In this document: piece after piece, positions 17,174-24,295 of the stretch | Layout: each line of letters starts with the position of its first letter | Position numbering within the stretch: position 1 is the stretch's first letter | DNA from: an uncultured Flavobacteriales bacterium | Lineage (GTDB): Bacteria; Bacteroidota; Bacteroidia; Flavobacteriales; BACL11 | DNA length: 60,576 bases | NCBI GenBank assembly: GCA_905478185.1 | Contig: CAJQHO010000038.1 | Coordinates: forward strand, 1 to 60,576 | Direction: 5' to 3' | Notes under the pieces: model-generated | The model's database searches: none | The model's input: only the letters and a program-made list of their open reading frames with translations | Told to the model about the DNA's origin: nothing | Program-made: the position numbers and the translations under genes

Positions 17174-18571
17174 TTATAAAGTTGAAGGACATACTTCTTC
17201 AGATAAAGGAAGGTCAGTTTTTTTAATCGCGCCAAAACCACCCTCAATATTAGTAACGTTATGAATTCCCTCTCTTTTTAAGAGTGAACAAGCAATAACT
17301 GAACGATACCCTCCAGCACAATGCACAAAATTTTCAGCAGTAGAATTTAGTTTGTCATTTTCCAAATCACTTAGAGGATTAAATACAGCAGAGATAATAT
17401 GCCTGTTTTTATATTCAGCTTCTTTTCTTACATCAATAATATCAATCACATTATCTGCTTGGTAAATTTCATCAAAAGCATTAGCTGATATAGATGATAT
17501 AGTTGCTAAATCATCTTGTTCCCAAACTTGAACCCCACCACTTAGATGCCCCAATACATTATCAAAACCTACACGAGATAAACGCGTAGCAACCTCTTCC
17601 AATCTACCTTTATCACATACTAATAAAATTGGGGTTGCTACTTGTTTAATAATTGTTCCAACCCAAGGAGCAAAGCCACCATCAATCCCAATAAAAATGG
17701 AATTTGGAATAAAACCTTTTACAAAATCAGCAGCACTTCTTACATCTAAAATAATAACACCTGCTTGTGTTGATTTTGTTTTAAACTCCTCAACTGAAAG
17801 GGCAATATTTGCTTTATCAATACTATCATTTTCAGGGTTATACCCTAGTTTGTTTAAAGTTACATTTTCAGGGAAATAAGCCGGTGGAGGTAAGATTCCA
17901 TCTGTTACTTCTTGTATAAATTCTTGCTTAGTCATATCTGCACGCAAAGCATAGTTATTTACTTTTTCATATCCAATTGAGCCAATTGTTTCCTTGCTCA
18001 TATTTTTCCCACAAGCAGAACCAGCACCATGCCCAGGATACACAATTACCTCATCAGCTAAAGTCATAATTCTAGTCCTTAAACTATCAAATAACATTCC
18101 AGCTAAATCATCTTGAGTTAAATCAGATTTCTGTGCTAAATCAGGTCTACCTACATCCCCTAGAAACAAAGTATCTCCTGAAAACAAGGAGACCTGTTTA
18201 CCATTTTCATCAATAAGTAAATAAGAAGAACTTTCCAAAGTATGGCCAGGAGTATGTAGTAATTTTATAGTTACATCCCCTACTTTAAACTCTTGATTAT
18301 CCTCAGCCACCAAACACTCAAAATTAGTAGTTGCAGTTGGTCCGAACACAATTTCAGCTCCAGTTTGCTGGGCTAATGTTAAATGACCACTCACAAAATC
18401 AGCATGAAAATGTGTTTCAAAAACATATTTAATTTTTGTTCCCCTATCAGCAGCCATAGAAATATAAGTTCCTACCTCACGTAAAGGATCAATAACTGCC
18501 GCCTCACCATTACTCTCAATATAATAGGCGCCTTGCGCCAAACAGTCTGTGTATAATTGCTCTACTTTCAT
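17174..18571 (-). CDS. MBL-fold persulfide dioxygenase fused to two rhodanese-homology domains (CstB-like)
   Basis: THFHADFVSGH metal motif. The middle rhodanese-like domain reads LLVCDKGR; the C-terminal rhodanese has active-site loop HCAGGYRS. Confidence 0.85.
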   Translation of the reverse strand: MKVEQLYTDCLAQGAYYIESNGEAAVIDPLREVGTYISMAADRGTKIKYVFETHFHADFVSGHLTLAQQTGAEIVFGPTATTNFECLVAEDNQEFKVGDVTIKLLHTPGHTLESSSYLLIDENGKQVSLFSGDTLFLGDVGRPDLAQKSDLTQDDLAGMLFDSLRTRIMTLADEVIVYPGHGAGSACGKNMSKETIGSIGYEKVNNYALRADMTKQEFIQEVTDGILPPPAYFPENVTLNKLGYNPENDSIDKANIALSVEEFKTKSTQAGVIILDVRSAADFVKGFIPNSIFIGIDGGFAPWVGTIIKQVATPILLVCDKGRLEEVATRLSRVGFDNVLGHLSGGVQVWEQDDLATISSISANAFDEIYQADNVIDIIDVRKEAEYKNRHIISAVFNPLSDLENDKLNSTAENFVHCAGGYRSVIACSLLKREGIHNVTNIEGGFGAIKKTDLPLSEEVCPSTL

Positions 18572-18572
18572 T

Positions 18573-19367
18573 TTAATTTAATTCTTTTAATAATATATAT
18601 ACTGCCATAGCTAATACAAACCAGCCAAATCCTTTTTTTAATTTTCTCACGTCAATAAAATTATTTAAGTAAATACCTAAAACAATTCCTATCATTGAAA
18701 GTCCTGCAAAAGTAAGAAGGAAACCCCAAGCAATTTCAATATTCCCTATATCTCCTAAAAATCCGATTAATGATTTTATTGCAATAATCATTAATGATGT
18801 AGCTACTGCCTTTTTCATTGGTAAGTTAGCAAATAATACTAATACTGGAATAATTAAAAAACCTCCTCCTGCACCAACTAAACCAGTTAAAACACCTACG
18901 ACTAACCCTTCAATAATAATTAAAGGATAATTAAACTGCACATCTTTTTTCAATACTACTTCTTTCCGCTCTCTTATCATACTAATAGATGCTGCTAACA
19001 TGATAACTGCAAAGAAAATCATAACTACCATATCCTTTGTAAGGATAAAACTATCTAAAGTAAATATTACTTCAGGAATTGCAGGTACAATTATTTTTCT
19101 TGTTAAAAATACTGAAAGAAAAGAAGGTATAGCAAAAACTATACCCACTTTATATTCAATCATACCTTTTTGTGCATTTCTTATCGCACCAACTAAAGCT
19201 GTACTCCCCACAATAAATAAGGAATATGCAGTAGCCGTAACCGGATTTACACTTAATAAATATACCAAAACTGGCACCGTTAATATAGACCCTCCACCAC
19301 CTGTTAATCCCAGAACAGTTCCTATAACAAGTGCCCCAACTAATCCATATAAATTAAGTATTTCCAT
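18573..19367 (-). CDS. TauE/SafE-family sulfite/organosulfur anion exporter
   Basis: Polytopic, with two internal repeats containing GGGGSIL / GAGGGFLIIPVL motifs. Confidence 0.85.
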   Translation of the reverse strand: MEILNLYGLVGALVIGTVLGLTGGGGSILTVPVLVYLLSVNPVTATAYSLFIVGSTALVGAIRNAQKGMIEYKVGIVFAIPSFLSVFLTRKIIVPAIPEVIFTLDSFILTKDMVVMIFFAVIMLAASISMIRERKEVVLKKDVQFNYPLIIIEGLVVGVLTGLVGAGGGFLIIPVLVLFANLPMKKAVATSLMIIAIKSLIGFLGDIGNIEIAWGFLLTFAGLSMIGIVLGIYLNNFIDVRKLKKGFGWFVLAMAVYILLKELN

Positions 19368-19376
19368 ATGTACTGC

Positions 19377-19652
19377 TTATGATTTTTGTGACTCAACACT
19401 CATCCATCCTCCTCCATTATATACTTTTTCAAAACCATTTGATGAAAGGTAAGAAACTGCTTGTCCACTTCTGTTTCCAGACTCACAACACATAACCATA
19501 GGCTGCATTGCTTTAAGCTCTTCAATTCTTTCCACTAGCTCATCCAAAGGAACATTAACAGAACCTGGAACATTACCTCCCATAAACTCACCTGGAGTTC
19601 TAACGTCTACAATTGTAATTGCTGAGTCATTAATTAAATCTTGTAAATTCAT
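19377..19652 (-). CDS. Single-domain rhodanese sulfurtransferase (cytoplasmic)
   Basis: DVRTPGEF...VPL and active-site loop CCESGNRS. Start at MNLQDL; the track start is 19691. Confidence 0.85.
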   Translation of the reverse strand: MNLQDLINDSAITIVDVRTPGEFMGGNVPGSVNVPLDELVERIEELKAMQPMVMCCESGNRSGQAVSYLSSNGFEKVYNGGGWMSVESQKS

Positions 19653-19708
19653 TTTTCTTTTTTTTAAATTATTTATGATACAAATAAACAAACTATTTTA
19701 ATTCTATA

Positions 19709-19726
19709 TTGTAACATTTGTTACAA
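19709..19726 (-). promoter_or_regulatory. Candidate Crp/Fnr-family operator A (TTGTAACA-TT-TGTTACAA)
   Basis: Perfect 8-2-8 inverted repeat about 65 nt upstream of the rhodanese ATG. 17 of its 18 nt recur at 21772-21789. Followed after exactly 20 nt by TTTATTTG (19688-19681). Confidence 0.65.
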
Positions 19727-19761
19727 ACTAGAAGAAAACTTGAAAATATAAAATAGGAGCT

Positions 19762-20481
19762 TTACTCCAATTTAATTTTATTTATTAATTCTTTTTTATC
19801 AATCATTCCAACATGTCTGAATTCCTCATTACCATCTTTAAATACAATAAAAACAGGCACCCCTCTTACCTTGAATTTTCTCACTAGCTCTTTATTAGCA
19901 TCAGCATCAATAAAAACAATTTTTACATCCTTATTCTCTTTTTTTATTTCTTCAATAACTGGCTTCATCTTTTTACAAGGAACACACCACTGTGTACTAA
20001 AATCAACTAAAACAACATCATTGCTTTCTATAATATGAGAAAATTCAATAACTGACATTGCTTTTTGCTTTTTAAGAATTTCTCCTTTTGTAACTACAAC
20101 TTTAATACCTTCTGATTTCCATGCACCAAAACCACCTAATAAATTATATACTTTCTTAAAACCTAAGTCTTTCATTTTAGTAACAGTTTTAGAGCTTCTT
20201 CCTCCGCTCGCACAATACACATAGATAGGCACATCTTTCCGTATTAATGCCAACTTTTCAGCAAAATCAGATGCATAAAAATCAATATTTGTTGCATCTT
20301 CAATATGCCCCTCATTTACCTCACCAATAGTTCTAACATCCAAAACAATTCCTTCATCAGAATTCATTAGTTTATTAAACTCTACTACACTAACATTATT
20401 AATTACTTGCGCCTCAATTGGCCCTAAAGAACAAGACACAAGAACAAAACTCACTAAACTATATATTATTTTTTTCATCAT
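19762..20481 (-). CDS. Lipoprotein rhodanese-thioredoxin fusion (exported)
   Basis: Lipoprotein signal (FVLVSCS), rhodanese loop YCASGGRS, and a C-terminal thioredoxin fold with WCVPC. Confidence 0.85.
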   Translation of the reverse strand: MMKKIIYSLVSFVLVSCSLGPIEAQVINNVSVVEFNKLMNSDEGIVLDVRTIGEVNEGHIEDATNIDFYASDFAEKLALIRKDVPIYVYCASGGRSSKTVTKMKDLGFKKVYNLLGGFGAWKSEGIKVVVTKGEILKKQKAMSVIEFSHIIESNDVVLVDFSTQWCVPCKKMKPVIEEIKKENKDVKIVFIDADANKELVRKFKVRGVPVFIVFKDGNEEFRHVGMIDKKELINKIKLE

Positions 20482-20484
20482 TTC

Positions 20485-20673
20485 TTATTTTAAAAAATCT
20501 CTAAACAAATCAAAAAGCATTCCCCCCATAAACATACCATAAAGAGTACTTTTATACCATACTGAAGTTATAGCACATGTACCTGTAAAGCACCCAATAT
20601 ATTTCCAGTACAAATATCCTGATATTCCTCCAATAATCACTCCAATTACTATCATAACTTCTCTTTTAGGCAT
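20485..20673 (-). CDS. Small two-TM membrane protein with inter-helix CxxxxC (DUF6132-like)
   Basis: 62 aa: hydrophobic helix, GCFTGTCAITS, hydrophobic helix. TAATG overlap with the upstream rhodanese gene. The family name is from memory. Confidence 0.6.
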   Translation of the reverse strand: MPKREVMIVIGVIIGGISGYLYWKYIGCFTGTCAITSVWYKSTLYGMFMGGMLFDLFRDFLK

Positions 20674-20984
20674 TAGCTGCTTAATTTTCTATTTAAACTA
20701 CTCCAACCTCCACCGTTATAAGCATTGATGCCTCTTGACTTTGCGACAGAGGTAGCTTGCCCACTTCTCATTCCTGATGCACAACAAAAAATGATCGGTT
20801 TCTTTAAATTCTCTATTTTTTTAATCATGGATTTAATCTTATCTAAAGGGACATTAGTTGCAGCATTAATATGACCAGAATTGAACTCTCCTGGAGTTCT
20901 TACATCAATTATAATTGCTCCATCTTTAATTAACTGATTATAATCAGTTAATTTAATTCCAAAAAGTTTCTTTAATATTGACAT
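20673..20984 (-). CDS. Single-domain rhodanese sulfurtransferase (cytoplasmic)
   Basis: DVRTPGEF...NVPL and active-site loop CCASGMRS. Paralogue of 19377..19652. Confidence 0.85.
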   Translation of the reverse strand: MSILKKLFGIKLTDYNQLIKDGAIIIDVRTPGEFNSGHINAATNVPLDKIKSMIKKIENLKKPIIFCCASGMRSGQATSVAKSRGINAYNGGGWSSLNRKLSS

Positions 20985-20985
20985 T

Positions 20986-21345
20986 TTATTTAATTTTTAG
21001 CACATCTATTATTACACTTTTTAATGCTTTTTCATCCAACATTCCAGCTGCCATTTGAGGTGACTCTCCCATAGGGACAAAAAGAAGAGAAGGAATACTT
21101 CTTATTCCAAATGAAGCTGATAGCTCTTGTTCAGATTCAGTATTAACTTTATAAACATCAATCTTTCCCTCATATTCTTTTGCAATATTTTCTAATTTTG
21201 GGGCAAGCATTTTACAAGGTTGACACCAATCTGCATAAAAGTCAATTATACATGGCTTATCACCTTTAAAATTCGAATCACCTTTTTCATTTTCAATATC
21301 GTGTACTCTTTCTTTAAACGATTCTTTATTTAGTTCTTTTATCAT
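20986..21345 (-). CDS. Thioredoxin (WCQPC variant)
   Basis: IIDFYADWCQPCKMLAP...RSIPSLLF thioredoxin fold; no signal peptide. Confidence 0.85.
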   Translation of the reverse strand: MIKELNKESFKERVHDIENEKGDSNFKGDKPCIIDFYADWCQPCKMLAPKLENIAKEYEGKIDVYKVNTESEQELSASFGIRSIPSLLFVPMGESPQMAAGMLDEKALKSVIIDVLKIK

Positions 21346-21348
21346 TTT

Positions 21349-21723
21349 TTATTTATTTTTAAGTTTATAATGCATAAAGATATTTGCCCAAATTATTTTT
21401 GAAAGTGAGTGCATTTTAAGAGATAGAAATAACCAACCTATTGAAATAATAATGACTTTCCTTAAGTATTCTATTTCTATATTAAGTACATATAAAGCAA
21501 CAACTATAGTAACAAAATATGCAGTTCCTAATGCATATGAAATATACATAGCTCCAAAATAAAAACCAGGTTCTGGATGAAAAGTATTATTACAAACTTG
21601 ACATTCATCATAAATATCCCCCAACTTTTTTAAATCATACGGATGGCTTAGAAAGAAATCTCCTTCATGACAATGAGGGCATTTTCCATTTAAGATACTG
21701 TATAGCTTTGTTCCTTTCTTCAT
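21349..21723 (-). CDS. DUF983-like membrane protein with N-terminal four-Cys zinc ribbon
   Basis: CPHCHEGDFF...(17 aa)...CQVCNNTF followed by two hydrophobic helices. ATG at 21723; the track used a TTG at 21729. Confidence 0.6.
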   Translation of the reverse strand: MKKGTKLYSILNGKCPHCHEGDFFLSHPYDLKKLGDIYDECQVCNNTFHPEPGFYFGAMYISYALGTAYFVTIVVALYVLNIEIEYLRKVIIISIGWLFLSLKMHSLSKIIWANIFMHYKLKNK

Positions 21724-21771
21724 CTTCAAATAATTTGATAGTGCAAATAAAAGGGCTTAAAACATAAAAGA

Positions 21772-21789
21772 TTGTAACATTTGTTACAC
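21772..21789 (-). promoter_or_regulatory. Candidate Crp/Fnr-family operator B (TTGTAACA-TT-TGTTACAc)
   Basis: 17/18 identical to operator A, in the same orientation, about 57 nt upstream of the DUF983-like ATG. Followed after exactly 20 nt by TTTATTTG (21751-21744). Confidence 0.65.
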
Positions 21790-21799
21790 AAGGAATATA

Positions 21800-22435
21800 T
21801 TAGAGTTTTAGGATTTTAATTTGATTTCTTAGTAGTTGTAATTCACCATCTTTTTCAAGTTTTTTTAGAATTCTACTTACAACAACTCTGGATGTATTTA
21901 ATTCATCAGAGATGATATTATGGGTAATATTTAAGGTTTCATCTTTATTAGCTATAACTTTATCTTTCAAATACTTCAATACCCTTTCATTCATATTCAT
22001 AAAAGCGAGAGAATCAATTGCTTCTAACATTTCTTTCATTCTATTATTATATGAACCAAAAACAAATGCTCGCCAAGTCTTATAATGAAGCCAATCCTCC
22101 ATCTTAGAAATGGGTACTAATAATAGAGTTGTATCAACTTCAGCAACAGCTTTAATTTCACTTTTAGCACCTCTTATACAGCAATTAAGAGTCATTGCAC
22201 AAGTATCTCCACCTTCTATGAAATAAAGTATATATTCATCACCATCATCATCTGTTCTAAACACTTTAATTGCTCCTGATATGAGCAAAGGCATAAAAGT
22301 CATTTCTTGACCAATATCCATTAAATATTCACCCTTCACTACTTTTTTAAGCCTACCTATTTCACTCAATTCATCAAGTAATTTTCTTTCAAATAGAAAA
22401 GAAAAATTAGCTTTAACTAAAACTTTTATATCCAT
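21800..22435 (-). CDS. Crp/Fnr-family transcriptional regulator
   Basis: N-terminal cNMP-binding-like beta-roll and a C-terminal HTH (ISDELNTSRVVVSRILKKLEKDG). Its only cysteines (C79, C85, C86) sit in the beta-roll (GGDTCAMTLNCC). Confidence 0.85.
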   Translation of the reverse strand: MDIKVLVKANFSFLFERKLLDELSEIGRLKKVVKGEYLMDIGQEMTFMPLLISGAIKVFRTDDDGDEYILYFIEGGDTCAMTLNCCIRGAKSEIKAVAEVDTTLLLVPISKMEDWLHYKTWRAFVFGSYNNRMKEMLEAIDSLAFMNMNERVLKYLKDKVIANKDETLNITHNIISDELNTSRVVVSRILKKLEKDGELQLLRNQIKILKL

Positions 22436-22439
22436 TATA

Positions 22440-22667
22440 TTAAATTTTAAACCCTTGATGTGGCTTTAAACTTCCTCTGAGTTTATTTACTAATTCATCC
22501 GTTACAATCATATAAGAATCAGATGAAAACTGATTCTTCTCTTCAGTACCAAATTCAAAAACATCAATTCTTTCAGTTTTACAGTATTCTTTCAAATGAA
22601 TTAGATGATGTTCAGCAGTTCTCAATGAACCTTCTCCACTAAAATTCCAAACTAATTTTACTTTCAT
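22440..22667 (-). CDS. Hypothetical 75-aa soluble protein
   Basis: ORF tightly packed (4-nt gaps) between a small membrane ORF and the Crp/Fnr gene. No family recognised. Confidence 0.45.
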   Translation of the reverse strand: MKVKLVWNFSGEGSLRTAEHHLIHLKEYCKTERIDVFEFGTEEKNQFSSDSYMIVTDELVNKLRGSLKPHQGFKI

Positions 22668-22671
22668 ATTT

Positions 22672-22866
22672 TTAAAAGAAAAAACCTTTTACTACCAGAT
22701 AAGGAATTAAAATATATAATATTGAATCTCTTATCAAATAAAACATAAAGAAATAAAATAAAATTTTCCAGCCTCCTTTTCTTAAAACGCCTTTAAATCC
22801 ATCTTCTTTAAAAACAGCAATATACTCTTCAAGAAACTTAACTCTTAATAGCTTTTTAATTTTCAT
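22672..22866 (-). CDS. Hypothetical 64-aa membrane protein
   Basis: Starts immediately after the rocD stop, with a C-terminal hydrophobic hairpin (ILFYFFMFYLIRDSILYILIPYLVV). No family recognised. Confidence 0.4.
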   Translation of the reverse strand: MKIKKLLRVKFLEEYIAVFKEDGFKGVLRKGGWKILFYFFMFYLIRDSILYILIPYLVVKGFFF

Positions 22867-24078
22867 TTAGAATGATAAAATAGTTTTTTTAATAATAGCA
22901 ATACACTCCATTAATTGCTCTTCCGTAATTACTAAAGGAGGAGCAAAACGAATAATATCTCCATGAGTTGGTTTTGCAAGTAATCCGTTATCTCTTAACT
23001 TCAAACAAACATCCCAAGCTTCTTTTCCGTTTTTAGGCTTTATTACAATTGCATTTAACAAACCTTTTCCTCTAACCAAAGTAATCATATCATTTTCAAA
23101 GTTTTCTAACTCACTTCTTAATATTTCACCTAATCGTTCTGCATTTTCTGCTAGTTTTTCTTCTTTTACTACTTCCAATGCAGCAATAGCTACTTTGTTT
23201 GCAAGCGGATTTCCACCAAATGTAGAACCATGTTCTCCTGGTCGGATACACATCATTACCGCATCATCTGCTAACACTGCAGAAACAGGAAATACACCAC
23301 CTGAAATTGCTTTTCCTAAAATTAAGATATCTGCTTTTACATCTTCATGATCGACTGCTAATAATTTTCCGGTACGGGCAATTCCTGTTTGTACCTCATC
23401 TGCAATAAATAAAACTCCCGATTGTTTACATAGTTCCTTAGCACCTTTTAAATATCCTTCATCCGGAACAAATACTCCTGCCTCACCTTGAATAGGTTCT
23501 ACCATAAATCCTGCTATTGTCTCATCTTTTAATACTTCTTTTAAAGCATCCAAATCATTATAAGGTATATTTATAAATCCTGGAGTGTATGGGCCAAATT
23601 CTTTTCTAGCATCTGGGTCGTTACTAAAAGAGATAATTGTAGTTGTACGCCCATGAAAATTTCCATTACAAACAATAATTTTGGCTGTATCTGGTGCTAA
23701 ACCTTTCTGCTGATAACTCCACTTCCTACACAATTTAAGTGCAGTTTCTACAGCTTCAGCTCCAGTATTCATAGGAAGTACCTTATTATAACCAAAATAG
23801 TCGGCTATATACTTCTCATAATCTCCTAAAGTATCGTTATAAAAAGCACGAGAAGTTAATGTTAGAACATCAGCTTGTTGTTTAAGTGCATCCACAATTT
23901 TATGATGACAATGCCCCTGATTTACTGCAGAATAAGACGATAAAAAATCATAATATCTTTTCCCCTCAACATCCCATACAAAAACCCCTTCTCCTTTTGC
24001 CAACACTACAGGTAAAGGATGATAATTATGTGCTCCATATTTATCTTCTAATTCTATATATTGTTTTGACTTACTCAT
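22867..24078 (-). CDS. rocD: Ornithine--oxo-acid aminotransferase
   Basis: [40 protein letters not shown]-type N-terminus and a class-III aminotransferase PLP region (ILGKAISGG). Confidence 0.9.
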   Translation of the reverse strand: MSKSKQYIELEDKYGAHNYHPLPVVLAKGEGVFVWDVEGKRYYDFLSSYSAVNQGHCHHKIVDALKQQADVLTLTSRAFYNDTLGDYEKYIADYFGYNKVLPMNTGAEAVETALKLCRKWSYQQKGLAPDTAKIIVCNGNFHGRTTTIISFSNDPDARKEFGPYTPGFINIPYNDLDALKEVLKDETIAGFMVEPIQGEAGVFVPDEGYLKGAKELCKQSGVLFIADEVQTGIARTGKLLAVDHEDVKADILILGKAISGGVFPVSAVLADDAVMMCIRPGEHGSTFGGNPLANKVAIAALEVVKEEKLAENAERLGEILRSELENFENDMITLVRGKGLLNAIVIKPKNGKEAWDVCLKLRDNGLLAKPTHGDIIRFAPPLVITEEQLMECIAIIKKTILSF

Positions 24079-24103
24079 TTTTATTACATTTATAATTAAA
24101 GTG

Positions 24104-24111
24104 CAAATATA
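24104..24111 (-). promoter_or_regulatory. -7 promoter element (TATATTTG) for rocD
   Basis: The minus strand reads TATATTTG about 25 nt upstream of the rocD ATG, downstream of the tandem terminators. Confidence 0.4.
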
Positions 24112-24135
24112 TAGATAGAAATTGAAAAAAGCTAT

Positions 24136-24170
24136 GAAATAAAAAAGGAGGTGGAAAAATAACCACCCCC
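24136..24170 (-). terminator. Rho-independent terminator, distal copy
   Basis: Minus-strand RNA GGGGGUGG-UUAUUUUU-CCACCUCC (8 bp, one G-U) followed by UUUUUUAUUU. Confidence 0.7.
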
Positions 24171-24295
24171 TTCAAAAAACCTCACTTTTATTAACTAAGT
24201 GAAACGAAAAGTATTTTTAAAAAGGGGATGGAAACAAGTAAGAAACCATCCCCCTAAAACCCCACTTAACAATTAAATTAAGTGAAACGAAAAGT
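24141..24295 (-). repeat. Tandem duplication (~83-nt period) of a module: 17-nt conserved box, small hairpin, G-rich terminator hairpin
   Basis: TAAGTGAAACGAAAAGT occurs identically at 24196-24212 and 24279-24295. Each copy overlaps a CACTT..AAGTG hairpin and lies next to a GGGG(A/G)TGG..CCA(T/C)CCCC hairpin. Confidence 0.8.
24219..24254 (-). terminator. Rho-independent terminator, proximal copy
   Basis: Minus-strand RNA GGGGAUGG-(14-nt loop)-CCAUCCCC, a perfect 8-bp stem, followed by UUUUU. Confidence 0.7.

Noticed and set aside
16543-17247. Extended N-termini suggested by the ORF track (for example 16570-17247, 916-1830, 3357-3812, 19377-19691, 28770-31742, 11625-12653)
   Set aside because: The extensions overlap upstream genes or add non-conserved residues. 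Internal ATG or TTG codons give canonical N-termini and tight stop-start spacing, so I used the shorter models.
19000-19452. A 150-aa plus-strand ORF overlapping the TauE and rhodanese genes
   Set aside because: It is antisense to two well-supported genes, has no recognisable domain, and crosses a gene boundary.
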